NCBI GenBank assembly: GCA_038230375.1
Contig: JBBRNJ010000034.1
Coordinates: 1 to 64,000 of the forward strand
Direction: 5' to 3'
Length of the DNA: 64,000 bases
From: Polyangiales bacterium
GTDB lineage: Bacteria > Myxococcota_A > Polyangia > Polyangiales > Polyangiaceae
Shown here: piece after piece, positions 50,023-59,457 of the stretch
How the letters are laid out: each line of letters opens with the position of its first letter
How positions within the stretch are numbered: position 1 is the first letter of the stretch
Translations under genes and position numbers: made by a program
Notes under the pieces: generated by a model
The model's input: only the letters and a program-made list of their open reading frames with translations
The model's database searches: none
What the model was told of the DNA's origin: nothing

Positions 50023-51168
50023 ATGATGAGCCTCTCCGCGATCACCATGGAAACGACCGCCTACTACGCGTTCGGTGTGCCGCTCTACGCGATGCTCGTG
50101 GTGGTCGAGTGGTGGCTCGCGCGTCGTCGTCGTCATCCGACGCTGTCGTTCGCGCCCAGCGTGGGCAACATCACGGCGGGGCTCGGGTCCATCGTGGTGG
50201 GCCTGTTTCTGGGCCCCGCGCTGCTGCTGCTGTATGCGTTCGGTGAATCTCATATGGCGCTCGTGCACTGGCCGAAGGGCTCCCCTGTCACGTGGGTGCT
50301 CGCGTTCGTGCTCGCGGACTTCGGGCACTACTGGCACCACCGTATGGACCATCGCGTGGCCGCGTGCTGGGCGGTGCACGGCGTGCACCACATGCCCGAG
50401 GAGATGAACTTCACCGTGGCGATGCGCCATGCGTGGTTCTCCGATCTCTACTCGTTTCCGTTCTACATGCCGCTGCCCATGCTCGGCGTGCCCATGGAGC
50501 AGTTCTTCATCGCCACCACCGCGCTGTCGGTGCACGCGCTGATCACGCACTCCGCGGAGTACCGCTTTCCCAGCTTCGGCTTTCTGGTCACGCCGCAGTC
50601 GCACATGCTCCATCACGCGAAGAACTCGCCCTACATGGACAAGAACTTCGGCGCGATGCTCGGCATCTGGGACCGCATCTTCGGGACGTACGTGGAGCTC
50701 GACCCAAGGTCCCCGCCGGAGTGGGGCACCACGCGTGGCTATGCCACGCACGACGGGACGAAGGCCCAGTGGGTCCTCTGGCGCGATCTGCTGCAGCAGG
50801 TACGGCTCGCGAGCGGCGCGTCCGCCAGGATACGCGTGCTCCTGGGGCGCCCCACGAAGGCTGGGCTCCCGCCGGTGCTCTCGCCTCCACTTCCGGAGCA
50901 GATCTCCCCGCCCACCAAGGTCTACGTGGCGGCGCAGCTCGGGCTCACGATGGTCGCGTCGCTCTGGGTCTTCATCGGTCGCGACCACCACTCGTGGACC
51001 GTACTCGTGGTCTCCGCGGCGCTGATCACGTGGGCGATGTCCTCGCTGTGCGGGCTGCTCGACGCCCGGCCGCGCGCGACGATCCGCGAAGGAATGCGGC
51101 TGTTCGTGACCGCGGTCGCCCTCTCGCTGATGTTCGCGCCATCGGGTCTTGCGGCGACAATCCCCTGA
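50023..51168 (+). CDS. Fatty acid hydroxylase / sterol desaturase superfamily, alkylglycerol monooxygenase-like
   Basis: His boxes HYWHHRMDH, HGVHH, HMLHH; DKNFG..L.IWDRIFGTY; extra C-terminal TM region. Confidence 0.88.
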   Translation: MMSLSAITMETTAYYAFGVPLYAMLVVVEWWLARRRRHPTLSFAPSVGNITAGLGSIVVGLFLGPALLLLYAFGESHMALVHWPKGSPVTWVLAFVLADFGHYWHHRMDHRVAACWAVHGVHHMPEEMNFTVAMRHAWFSDLYSFPFYMPLPMLGVPMEQFFIATTALSVHALITHSAEYRFPSFGFLVTPQSHMLHHAKNSPYMDKNFGAMLGIWDRIFGTYVELDPRSPPEWGTTRGYATHDGTKAQWVLWRDLLQQVRLASGASARIRVLLGRPTKAGLPPVLSPPLPEQISPPTKVYVAAQLGLTMVASLWVFIGRDHHSWTVLVVSAALITWAMSSLCGLLDARPRATIREGMRLFVTAVALSLMFAPSGLAATIP

Positions 51169-51214
51169 CGCGTTAATTCAAGTCCAGGATCGCCCGTCTT
51201 CATGGGTAACCGCC

Positions 51215-51490
51215 ATGATGCTCCCGTCGCTCCCCGCGTTTCAGCCGTTCGAGATCTCCTCCGGAAAAGTGCGTGCGCTGTTCGCGCAGTACCGCCTGGC
51301 CGGATGTCCCATCGGGTGCCCGCGGTGCGATGAGCGCTCGGTGGGGATGACGGTGAGCAACCTGCCCAGCATCTACCGCCTCCACTGCGTGGACTGCGGC
51401 TGGCGCACGCCGTGGTTCGAGTCGATGGCTGGCGAGGACCACCTCGTGCTCGTCCACGGACTCGACCCGATCATGCACGGCAGCGTCTGA
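51215..51490 (+). CDS. Small putative zinc-ribbon protein
   Basis: CPRC...CVDCGW pair of CxxC motifs in about 91 aa; GC-rich third positions. Confidence 0.55.
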   Translation: MMLPSLPAFQPFEISSGKVRALFAQYRLAGCPIGCPRCDERSVGMTVSNLPSIYRLHCVDCGWRTPWFESMAGEDHLVLVHGLDPIMHGSV

Positions 51491-51621
51491 GAGCGCCCGC
51501 GCAGCACTCCGCAACACCGCTGGCAGCAGAAGGTTCACGGAAATCTGCCTGGGCCGTGTGAAGCACGATCGTTGTTTTCCGGAGGGCGCCAGCGGGCGCG
51601 GCACGTGGTATTTCACGGAGC

Positions 51622-53931
51622 GTGAAGCGCACGTTCATCTCAACAGCCGGTCTGTCCTTCGTTCTCCTCGCGTCCTGCGGCGACCCTCCGCAGCCAGCAA
51701 CGCCTCCGCCGCCCACACCGTCTGCGACGCCCGTCGTGACCGCGTCGCCGCCGCCGCCAGAGCCACCCACGCCGCCACCGTATGCGCCGCTGCCCGTGCG
51801 CTTCGAGAATCCCGGCGGCATGTGGATGCCGCATCAGATGACCGCGCATGCAGACAAGCTGAAGGAGCTGGGGCTCGCGATCGATCCGAAGGAGCTCACC
51901 GATCCCGCGTCGGGGTTGCTCTCGGCGATCGTGTCGCTCGGCGGATGCTCCGCGTCGTTCGTGTCGCCGGAGGGCCTGGTGATCACGAACCATCACTGCG
52001 CGGTCGGCGCGCTCCAGTACAACTCCACGCCGCAGGCGAACTACCTGGAGACTGGCTTCCTTGCGAAGACGCGCGCGGACGAGCGCTCCAATGGGCCCAC
52101 TTTCCGTGTCTTCGTCACGCAGAAGGTGACGGATGTCACGCCCAAGATATTCGATCACAACTTGCCGGCCCGGATCACGGATCAGGCCAGATTCAAGATG
52201 ATCGAGAAGAACCAGAAGGAGACCGTGGAGGCCTGCGAGAAGGGTCGCAAGGGGATCCGCTGCACCGTGTCTTCGTTCTACGAGGGCGCGGCCTTCTACC
52301 TCATCGAGCAGCTGGAGATCCGCGACGTGCGTCTTGTCTACGCGCCTGCAGAGGGGGTGGGGAACTACGGCGGTGAGATCGACAACTGGCGCTGGCCGCG
52401 ACACGCCGGCGACGTCTCCATCTTCCGTGCGTACGTCGCGCCGGATGGCACGCCCGCCGACTACGCGAAGGAGAACGTGCCGTACAAGCCGGCGCACGTG
52501 CTCAAGCTCGCGGAGAAGCCGCTGCGCGAGGGCGATATGGTGATGGTCGCGGGCTACCCGGGGCGCACCTACTCGCAGCGGACGCGCGCGCAGGTGGAGG
52601 ACGCTGTGAGCTTCTCGTACCCGCGCCAGCAGAAGCTGTGCGAGGACGCGCTGGCGACGCTCGAGAAGGTCGGCGGCACCAAGGACGACCAGCTCCGCGC
52701 GAAGCCGCTGGTGCGGCGCTTTGGCAATGCGCTGACCAACGTGAAGGGCCAGCTGGACGGCCTCACGAAGGACGGCGTGCTGGCCATGAAGGTGGATCGG
52801 GAGGCGCGTCTCCAGACGTGGATCGACGCAGACCCCGCGCGCAAGGCGAAGTGGGGTGGCGTGCTCGCAGAGATCGCGAAGTCCTACGAGGCGCAGAAGG
52901 CGCACCGCGAGGCCACGCTGGAGCTGCGCGCGGAGGTCATGTTCCCGAAGCTCGTGAGCTCCGCGTACACGATCGTGCGCATGGCGGAGGAGCGCGCCAA
53001 GGCCGACAAGGACCGCCACCCCGACTACCAGGAGCGCAACTGGCAGCGGCATGTGCAATCGCAGGAGGCCATGGAGAACACGTACAGCCGCGCCGTGGAC
53101 ATGGCGATGTTCCAGCTCGCGATCGATCGCTCGCAGAAGGTCGACAAGAAGGACCGCTTCGACGTCGTCGGCGTCGTCGCGAAGCTGAACCTGGTGAACC
53201 CGAACGCGACGCCCTACAAGCCCGCCGTGGAGGTGCTGTTCGAGTCCGAGCTGGAGAAGAAGGACGTTCGCGTCGCGCTCACGAAGACCGCGACCATGGC
53301 GGAGCTCAGGAAGAGCCGTGACCCGATGATCCGGTTCGTGCTCGCGCTGCGCCCGCTCGTCAAGGCGGCGGATGAGCGCGACGAGGCGTTCGACGGGCGC
53401 ATGGCGCTCCTGAAGCCCGCCTACTTCGATGCGCTGCGCGTGTTCGAGCAGAAGGAGATCGCGCCTGACGCAAACGGCACGCTGCGCATCACGTACGGCA
53501 CCGTGCGGGGCTACTCCACGAAGGACGGCGAGCCCGCGAACCGCCCGTTCACGATGCTGTCGGAGGTGGTGAAGAAGAACACGAACGCATTCCCGTTCGC
53601 AGCGCCGAAGGCCCTCACGGACGCGTTCGCTGCGAAGAAATTCGGCCCGTACGCGGACGAGACGCTGAACGGCGAGGTGCCAGTGGACTTCCTGTCCGAC
53701 CTGCACATCACGGGCGGCAACTCCGGCTCCGCAGTGCTCAACGCCAAGGGCGAGATCACCGGCCTCGCGTTCGACAGCACGTACGAGACCTTGGGCTCCG
53801 ACTGGCTGTGGAAACCCAAGGTGGGCCGCTGCATCGGCGTGGACATCCGCTATGTGGAATGGCTGCTCGACGCTGTCGACGGCGGTGACCACGTCCTCAC
53901 CGAGATGGGTCGAACGCCCACCGTTCAGTGA
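51622..53931 (+). CDS. S46 dipeptidyl-peptidase lipoprotein
   Basis: GGMWMP, GCSASFVS, TNHHC, DNWRWPRH.GD, PDANGTLR, TGGNSGS. Confidence 0.95.
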   Translation: MKRTFISTAGLSFVLLASCGDPPQPATPPPPTPSATPVVTASPPPPEPPTPPPYAPLPVRFENPGGMWMPHQMTAHADKLKELGLAIDPKELTDPASGLLSAIVSLGGCSASFVSPEGLVITNHHCAVGALQYNSTPQANYLETGFLAKTRADERSNGPTFRVFVTQKVTDVTPKIFDHNLPARITDQARFKMIEKNQKETVEACEKGRKGIRCTVSSFYEGAAFYLIEQLEIRDVRLVYAPAEGVGNYGGEIDNWRWPRHAGDVSIFRAYVAPDGTPADYAKENVPYKPAHVLKLAEKPLREGDMVMVAGYPGRTYSQRTRAQVEDAVSFSYPRQQKLCEDALATLEKVGGTKDDQLRAKPLVRRFGNALTNVKGQLDGLTKDGVLAMKVDREARLQTWIDADPARKAKWGGVLAEIAKSYEAQKAHREATLELRAEVMFPKLVSSAYTIVRMAEERAKADKDRHPDYQERNWQRHVQSQEAMENTYSRAVDMAMFQLAIDRSQKVDKKDRFDVVGVVAKLNLVNPNATPYKPAVEVLFESELEKKDVRVALTKTATMAELRKSRDPMIRFVLALRPLVKAADERDEAFDGRMALLKPAYFDALRVFEQKEIAPDANGTLRITYGTVRGYSTKDGEPANRPFTMLSEVVKKNTNAFPFAAPKALTDAFAAKKFGPYADETLNGEVPVDFLSDLHITGGNSGSAVLNAKGEITGLAFDSTYETLGSDWLWKPKVGRCIGVDIRYVEWLLDAVDGGDHVLTEMGRTPTVQ

Positions 53932-53950
53932 CGACCACGCCGTACGGCTC

Positions 53951-55435
53951 CTAGTCGCCGTACTTCACGAGCTGTCCGCTCACGAAGGCGCAGCCGCGTC
54001 CGGCATCCTTCGCGCGATACAGCTCCGCGTCCGCCGCAACGAAGAGCGCCTGCTCACCATCTGACGGTGACGAGGCGCCCAAGGTCGCTCCGCCGATGCT
54101 GAGCGAGATGCCCGCGTCGCGCGCGAGCGCTCCGATGCGTCTGCTGGCGGCCGTGAGGTGCTCTCCCGTCGCGTCGGGCAAGAGGACCACGAACTCGTCA
54201 CCGCCGTAGCGCGCCACCACGTCGTGTCCGCGGAACGTCTTCTGGAGGAGCGCGCCCAGCGTGCGCAGTGTCGCGTCGCCTTCTGCGTGGCCCTTCTTGT
54301 CGTTGACTGCCTTGAAGAGATCGATGTCGAGGATCATGAGCGAGAGGCTCGCGCCCGATCGCTGACAGCGTGATTTTTCCTGCGCAAAACGCGTCTCGAG
54401 CTCGCGACGGTTGAAGACGCCCGTGAGCGCGTCGTGTCGGGCAAGCGTGTCTACCTCTTGCAGCAGCGACAGGTTGTCCCACACGAGCGACGTCTGCTCG
54501 ATGTAGAACGCGGCGCGCCGCACCAGCTCGTCGTCGATGGGCGTACCGCTGTAGAGGTTGTCGGCGAAGAGCATTCCCTTGACCTCACCGTGTGACGCAA
54601 TGGAGGTGAGAATGAACTCGGGCGCAGGGGTGAGGCGGGCGAGCGAGCGATTCTTCGGCGCGGCCTCTGTCCGGAAGAGCAGCTGACTTCCCGCGAGCAC
54701 GAGCTCGTCATCTTCCGCGCCGGTCGCGCGTAGCTCCACCGACTCCACGAAGTTTTGGAAGCGGGTGTCCGTGCGGTGCGCGGAGTAGTCCTCGATGTGG
54801 TGCTCGATGGTCAGGTCGTCGTGCTCGATCTCCTCCCAGATGCGGTGCGCCTCCGCCGCATCCGCCGGGCCGATGGCGCTCTTGCCCACGAACACCGCAC
54901 GCGAAGGATCCAGCAGAAAAAGCGCCGCGCGGTTCAGTCCAAGCCCCGAGCCAGAGGTGATGCCGGAGAGCATGACGTAGAGCGCGCGATCGATGTCTGG
55001 GGCGCGCAACATGTGACGCGTCACCTGGTGGGTCGTGGCCAGGCTTGACGATTGCGACGCGAAGCTCTCCAGGAGCCGCGTGACGTCGCTGCCTTCGAAC
55101 AGCGCGCCGAGGATCGCGTGGATGACGACGCGCAGCTCCTGCGACAGCTCGGCGAAGCCCAGCGTGCATCGACGCTCACCCAGCGCGACGGTCAGGGAGA
55201 GCGCACCATCGCCCGCGGTGACCTCACGCAACGCGACCTTCTCGCCCATGAGACCAATCTTCACGAGCTGACGTGCGGCCAGCGGGATCCGCTCCGCGTC
55301 GTCAGGGAGATGCGCGTCCAGTCGCAGACGCTGCGGAAGGTGAGCGAACATCGCGCGCACGTGAGGCGCCACCGGTGCCGTCTTCACGGCACGGACGATC
55401 GCGGCGGGAACCCCGTCCAGCGAGCTGCGCTCCAT
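53951..55435 (-). CDS. GAF-domain diguanylate cyclase
   Basis: DALTGVFNRR, DIDLFK.VND, RGHD I-site, RYGGDEF. Confidence 0.92.
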   Translation of the reverse strand: MERSSLDGVPAAIVRAVKTAPVAPHVRAMFAHLPQRLRLDAHLPDDAERIPLAARQLVKIGLMGEKVALREVTAGDGALSLTVALGERRCTLGFAELSQELRVVIHAILGALFEGSDVTRLLESFASQSSSLATTHQVTRHMLRAPDIDRALYVMLSGITSGSGLGLNRAALFLLDPSRAVFVGKSAIGPADAAEAHRIWEEIEHDDLTIEHHIEDYSAHRTDTRFQNFVESVELRATGAEDDELVLAGSQLLFRTEAAPKNRSLARLTPAPEFILTSIASHGEVKGMLFADNLYSGTPIDDELVRRAAFYIEQTSLVWDNLSLLQEVDTLARHDALTGVFNRRELETRFAQEKSRCQRSGASLSLMILDIDLFKAVNDKKGHAEGDATLRTLGALLQKTFRGHDVVARYGGDEFVVLLPDATGEHLTAASRRIGALARDAGISLSIGGATLGASSPSDGEQALFVAADAELYRAKDAGRGCAFVSGQLVKYGD

Positions 55436-55456
55436 GGACCAAGGCTAACCTGGGAG

Positions 55457-56020
55457 CTACCTTCGCGCTTGCTCGAACGCGGCCAGCGCGGCCTGGTCCA
55501 GCGCACCGCCAGTGAAGACCACGTGACCCTCGCGATCGAGCACCATCGTGAACGGCACGTTGCGCTGCCCCAGTGCATCCGCGAGCTTGAAATCCGCGTC
55601 CACGAGGTTCGGGTATGCGAGCGCCTTGTCCGTCACGATGCCGCGCGCCTTCTCCGTGGAGTCACCGACCGCGATCCCGATCACGATGCCGTCGCTCTTC
55701 GCGGACGCCGACAGCTTGTTCAGCGCAGGCACTTCATCCATGCAGGCTTCGCACCATGACGCCCAGAACGAGAGGAGCGCGGGTCTCCCGCCGAGCTCCG
55801 TCTGAAGACGCGCAGGCAGACCGGCGAGCGTCTTCAACTCGACATCGGGCAGCGGCTTGCCCATCAGCGCTTGCACATTGCCGGGGTTGCCCGTGTTGCC
55901 AGCGTTGCCAGCATTGCCCGCGCCTCGCGACGTGCCCGCGCCCGCGGGATCGCACGCACCTGCAGCCGTGAGGGCCAGCGCGAGCGCGGCGAAGGTCAGA
56001 AGCGAAAGCCGGTGCGCCAC
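55457..56020 (-). CDS. TlpA/ResA-like thioredoxin-fold lipoprotein
   Basis: AGAC lipobox; FWASWCEAC..E.P; VPFTMVLDREG. Confidence 0.85.
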   Translation of the reverse strand: MAHRLSLLTFAALALALTAAGACDPAGAGTSRGAGNAGNAGNTGNPGNVQALMGKPLPDVELKTLAGLPARLQTELGGRPALLSFWASWCEACMDEVPALNKLSASAKSDGIVIGIAVGDSTEKARGIVTDKALAYPNLVDADFKLADALGQRNVPFTMVLDREGHVVFTGGALDQAALAAFEQARR

Positions 56021-57174
56021 GTGAACACGTTTACATCCAGATCGTTCGTTCGGAAATAGCGCTCGTATGCGGCCTGCATCTCCAGCCCCTTGATCCGCCT
56101 TTGCGGCACGGTGAACGTGCCCGAGAGACCGACCGAGTGCGCGTCGAACGATTGCAGGTCGCTGTCGGCCGTGCGGAAGTTCCCATCGTCGAAGGCGACG
56201 GTGTGGAAGAAGTCCACGCCGCGCTGGGTGTGGAACCGGTAGCTGACGCGCGCGTAGAACAGGGACGAGAAGCGCTGGTACAGCTGCCCTTCCAGCGTGT
56301 GCGCGACGATGCCCCAGTCGTCCGCGTACAGGCGATAGAAGCCCTTCAGCGCGCCGTTCCACGGCAGCCATTGCGCAACACGTGCGACGAAGGCGTGGCG
56401 CAAGCGGTGCTGCGGCAGCACCTCACCGCCGTAGTTGTTGCTGACGAGCGGCACCGCGTTCCAGGTGTTGCCCAGCTCACCGTTCTGCTCGGTGAGACCG
56501 TAGTTCAGGTAGCCCACGGTGGTCGGCGAGAGGATCTGCGTGAGCGAGACGAAGCCCGACGTGGTGCCGCGCTGCGTGCGCGCGTGGCGGAGGCCGCGAT
56601 AGTCGAAGCGATCGAACCAGTCGTAGATCTGGTTCGCGCCGGCGGCGATCGTGGTGTTGTCCTCTGCAAAGCTGCGCGTTCCGGCGAGACCCATGTTCCA
56701 CGAGCGGAAGTCCTCTTCGAGGTGGATGCCGCCGCGGAACGTGCCGGTCGTTCGCTTGCTGACGTCGTAGGTGACCGACGTGTCGATCGAGCCGGCCTCG
56801 TTCTGGCGCGACGCCTGACTGATGGTGTCCGTGCGCGTCTTGTCGATCGCGTTGGGTGACGCCGCAGTGACCATGTCGAAGGGGGCCAGGATGCGGATGG
56901 TGAGCTTCTGGCCCTTCTTCAGGACGAAGTAGCCGATGGGCTCCCAGACGGTGAGCGCCTGCGAGCCGGGCCCGCCGGGAGGCCCCGCTTGCGACTGGTA
57001 GCCGTTGCCGCGCTGCGAGTAGCCAGTGAGGGCAAGGTCGAACGAGTCGAGATGGAGCTTGTCGCGGTTCGGGTCGAAGATGGACTCGTCCGCGCGCGCG
57101 CCCGCCACCGGCAGGAGTACGAGCAAGGCCGCGGCGAGCGCGACCAGAGCGGAGACGAACCGCGAGGGGCTCAC
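55996..57174 (-). CDS. DUF3570-like outer-membrane beta-barrel protein
   Basis: Signal ending ARA; DMVTAAS, YRLYADDWGI.AHT, T.DSDL; ends GFRF; adjacent to DUF4266. Confidence 0.78.
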   Translation of the reverse strand: MSPSRFVSALVALAAALLVLLPVAGARADESIFDPNRDKLHLDSFDLALTGYSQRGNGYQSQAGPPGGPGSQALTVWEPIGYFVLKKGQKLTIRILAPFDMVTAASPNAIDKTRTDTISQASRQNEAGSIDTSVTYDVSKRTTGTFRGGIHLEEDFRSWNMGLAGTRSFAEDNTTIAAGANQIYDWFDRFDYRGLRHARTQRGTTSGFVSLTQILSPTTVGYLNYGLTEQNGELGNTWNAVPLVSNNYGGEVLPQHRLRHAFVARVAQWLPWNGALKGFYRLYADDWGIVAHTLEGQLYQRFSSLFYARVSYRFHTQRGVDFFHTVAFDDGNFRTADSDLQSFDAHSVGLSGTFTVPQRRIKGLEMQAAYERYFRTNDLDVNVFTWRTGFRF

Positions 57175-57422
57175 TGGCAGCCGCAACCACCGCCCGATGC
57201 CGCGCCGTCGCCACCGGCGGCGCCTTCGCGTGTATTATACAGCTTCTGCTTGCGGTAGGTCTCGATGGGGTCATCCCCGACCGACATCATGGGGTCCGCC
57301 AGATGCACGCGCCGGTTCTGCGGCACGGCGGTGCAGCCAGCCAGGAGGAGCACGCTCACGGCGAGGGTCAGGGTCAACGGCGAAGAGCAAGGTGAAGGCG
57401 TGGGTCTGTTGGTTGCGCTCAC
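57171..57422 (-). CDS. DUF4266 small lipoprotein
   Basis: LAGC lipobox; LADPMM; REGAAGG...GGGCGCQ. Confidence 0.88.
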   Translation of the reverse strand: MSATNRPTPSPCSSPLTLTLAVSVLLLAGCTAVPQNRRVHLADPMMSVGDDPIETYRKQKLYNTREGAAGGDGAASGGGCGCQ

Positions 57423-58006
57423 AGCGCACCTCCTACGGAGAGCCCATAGTTTCCGGGGCTCAAGATGGGCGCGATGCGCAGGCTGCCCTGCGTTCGAGGT
57501 AGCTCACGCGACGGCTCGCGCGACGGATGAAAGAGCGTGTCCACAACGCCGACTCCGCCGCCAAGGACGCTCGCGACAATCATGAAGTAATAGGAGCGCT
57601 GCGTCTCCAGGGACGCGTGCGATACCGCGTCGGGGTTCATCGCGAGCAGCAACGCCATGCTGCTGGAGCCGATCACCGGCGCGATGGAGAAGAGGAGCCC
57701 GCGCTTGTACTCGCCCACCATCGCGTGCGAGACGAATGGCGCGATCGCAAGCCCGGTCTGCAGCGTGTAGACGCCCGCGTTCTGCGTGCTCTGCTCGTGC
57801 GAGGACGTGGTCACGGCCGTACCAATGCCGAACGGCACAGCCGAGAGCAGCGAGCCCACGGCGAACGCGCGAAACGCAGCGTCCTCTGCTTCTTCGCGGC
57901 GCTCCGTGTCGGGCTTCGGAAATGGCTCGTCGGCGCGTGCCTCCGCGCTCACCGTGAGGGCAAGCGCGGTGGCGACGGCCAGCGGGAGTGACGCTCCCCG
58001 TTTCAC
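57419..58006 (-). CDS. Hypothetical membrane protein
   Basis: GTG overlaps the upstream TGA; signal ending ARA; hydrophobic helices; GLSVGGAL end. Confidence 0.7.
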   Translation of the reverse strand: MKRGASLPLAVATALALTVSAEARADEPFPKPDTERREEAEDAAFRAFAVGSLLSAVPFGIGTAVTTSSHEQSTQNAGVYTLQTGLAIAPFVSHAMVGEYKRGLLFSIAPVIGSSSMALLLAMNPDAVSHASLETQRSYYFMIVASVLGGGVGVVDTLFHPSREPSRELPRTQGSLRIAPILSPGNYGLSVGGAL

Positions 58007-58509
58007 CCCTGGACCGGGACCGAGCCGATGTAGTCCATCTTGCCCACGTCCACGCCGTTGGAGCGGAGGATCGCGTAGGCGGTGGTGGCGTGGAAGTAGA
58101 AGTTCGGGATCGCCATCTGGAGAAGGTATGCGTCGCCCTTCACCCACTTGCCCTGGAGCCACGGCGGCGCGACCTTGCGATCATCGGCGCCCGCGAACGA
58201 CGCCTCCGTCAGCGTCTCGAGGTAGGCGAGGCACGACTTGATGCGCGCGCGACACTCGGCGATCGTCTTCTCCGTGTCCGGGTGCTTCGGCGCCTCGGTG
58301 CCGCTCAGGTAGGCGGCGGTGAACTTCGCCGAATCACATGTAGACTGCACCTGTTTCACGAAGGGGTACATGTCAGGGGCGAGGCGCTCACCAGTGAGGA
58401 GGTCGACCTCGAACTTCTTGGCGGTCGCGTGGGCCTCTGCCTTGACGATCCAGTTGTCTAGGTTGCGGAGCATCTTGCCGAACTGGGTGATCGCTTCGAA
58501 GGTCTTCAT
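58003..58509 (-). CDS. DUF1993 (DinB-like) protein
   Basis: RLAPDMYPF..QVQ, PNFYFHATTAYAILR..GV.VGK.DY. Confidence 0.92.
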   Translation of the reverse strand: MKTFEAITQFGKMLRNLDNWIVKAEAHATAKKFEVDLLTGERLAPDMYPFVKQVQSTCDSAKFTAAYLSGTEAPKHPDTEKTIAECRARIKSCLAYLETLTEASFAGADDRKVAPPWLQGKWVKGDAYLLQMAIPNFYFHATTAYAILRSNGVDVGKMDYIGSVPVQG

Positions 58510-58594
58510 GGGACTCCTTGGGTTGGGGCGCGCACGTTAGCGCAAGGGTTGTTTTCCGCCAGATCGTTTGAATCTCTTGTGTAGGCTAGGCGCC

Positions 58595-59392
58595 ATGGTT
58601 CATTTGCGACGACGTCGTGCGTGGTGGGTCCCGACGGTCGCGCTCGTGCTGGGGTGCGGCAACTCCAACACGACCACCACACCTCAGGGGCCCGCGGAGG
58701 ACGCGGCTCCCCCTCCGATCACCACCGCAGCCGTGGATGCGGGTGTCGTCGTTGCTGCGGCGCCCATCGACGCGGGCGCTGCAATTGTGCCCACGACTGA
58801 CCCAGGCGAGGCAGACGACTCCATGTGTGGCGGGGCGGACGTGGACCTGGTTGCGGTGCTTGCGAACCGGCGATGCCGCACGCGCTCCGATGCTCCTGCG
58901 AGCCCCGATGGCTGGGCGCAGATGTTGAAGCTCAAGCTCACCGCCGCGCCCGAGAAAATAGCGCCCTCCGGGCACGTGGAGCTCACGCTCGAGGTAACGA
59001 ACACCGGCAAGGTCGGGGTCCCGCTGTACTTCGCTGGGGACCTCACGCTTGCGGCGCTCGTCACGGATGCGAAGGGCGGGCGCGTGACGCCGCCCACCGG
59101 GAACGCGCCGAAGAACCCCGAGCCGCGGTGCCTGAACGAGCAGTCCTGCAGGAACCCAACATCGCATGTGGTGCTCGCGCCGGGCGGCAAGGCACACGCG
59201 AAGATCACGTGGGACGCTGTGAAGGCAGCCTGGCCCAAGACCGGACCCACGGCCTGCTGCGCCATCCATGTGGAGCCGGTCTCGGCGGGACCCTTGGCGG
59301 TAGGCACCTACAAGGTGAAGCTGCCTCTGCCGTACGAGTCGGCGCAAGGAGCCCCCGCGGACCCAGAAATCACCGTGCGGGTCGCCAAGTGA
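58595..59392 (+). CDS. Hypothetical lipoprotein with Ig-like domain
   Basis: VLGC lipobox, DAG linker, LEVTNTG...LAPGG...L..GTYKV. Confidence 0.7.
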   Translation: MVHLRRRRAWWVPTVALVLGCGNSNTTTTPQGPAEDAAPPPITTAAVDAGVVVAAAPIDAGAAIVPTTDPGEADDSMCGGADVDLVAVLANRRCRTRSDAPASPDGWAQMLKLKLTAAPEKIAPSGHVELTLEVTNTGKVGVPLYFAGDLTLAALVTDAKGGRVTPPTGNAPKNPEPRCLNEQSCRNPTSHVVLAPGGKAHAKITWDAVKAAWPKTGPTACCAIHVEPVSAGPLAVGTYKVKLPLPYESAQGAPADPEITVRVAK

Positions 59393-59457
59393 CTAAACGC
59401 GCGAGGCTGCCGTCCAACGTGGAGGCGAGTACCATCTTTCTTCTGGAGCCACGCGCG

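Noticed and set aside
51640..53892. Long antisense ORFs (also 41789..43744, 33746..35686, 44882..46621, 7269..8231)
   Set aside because: They are stop-poor shadow frames typical of high-GC genes, and the opposite strand carries clear family motifs.
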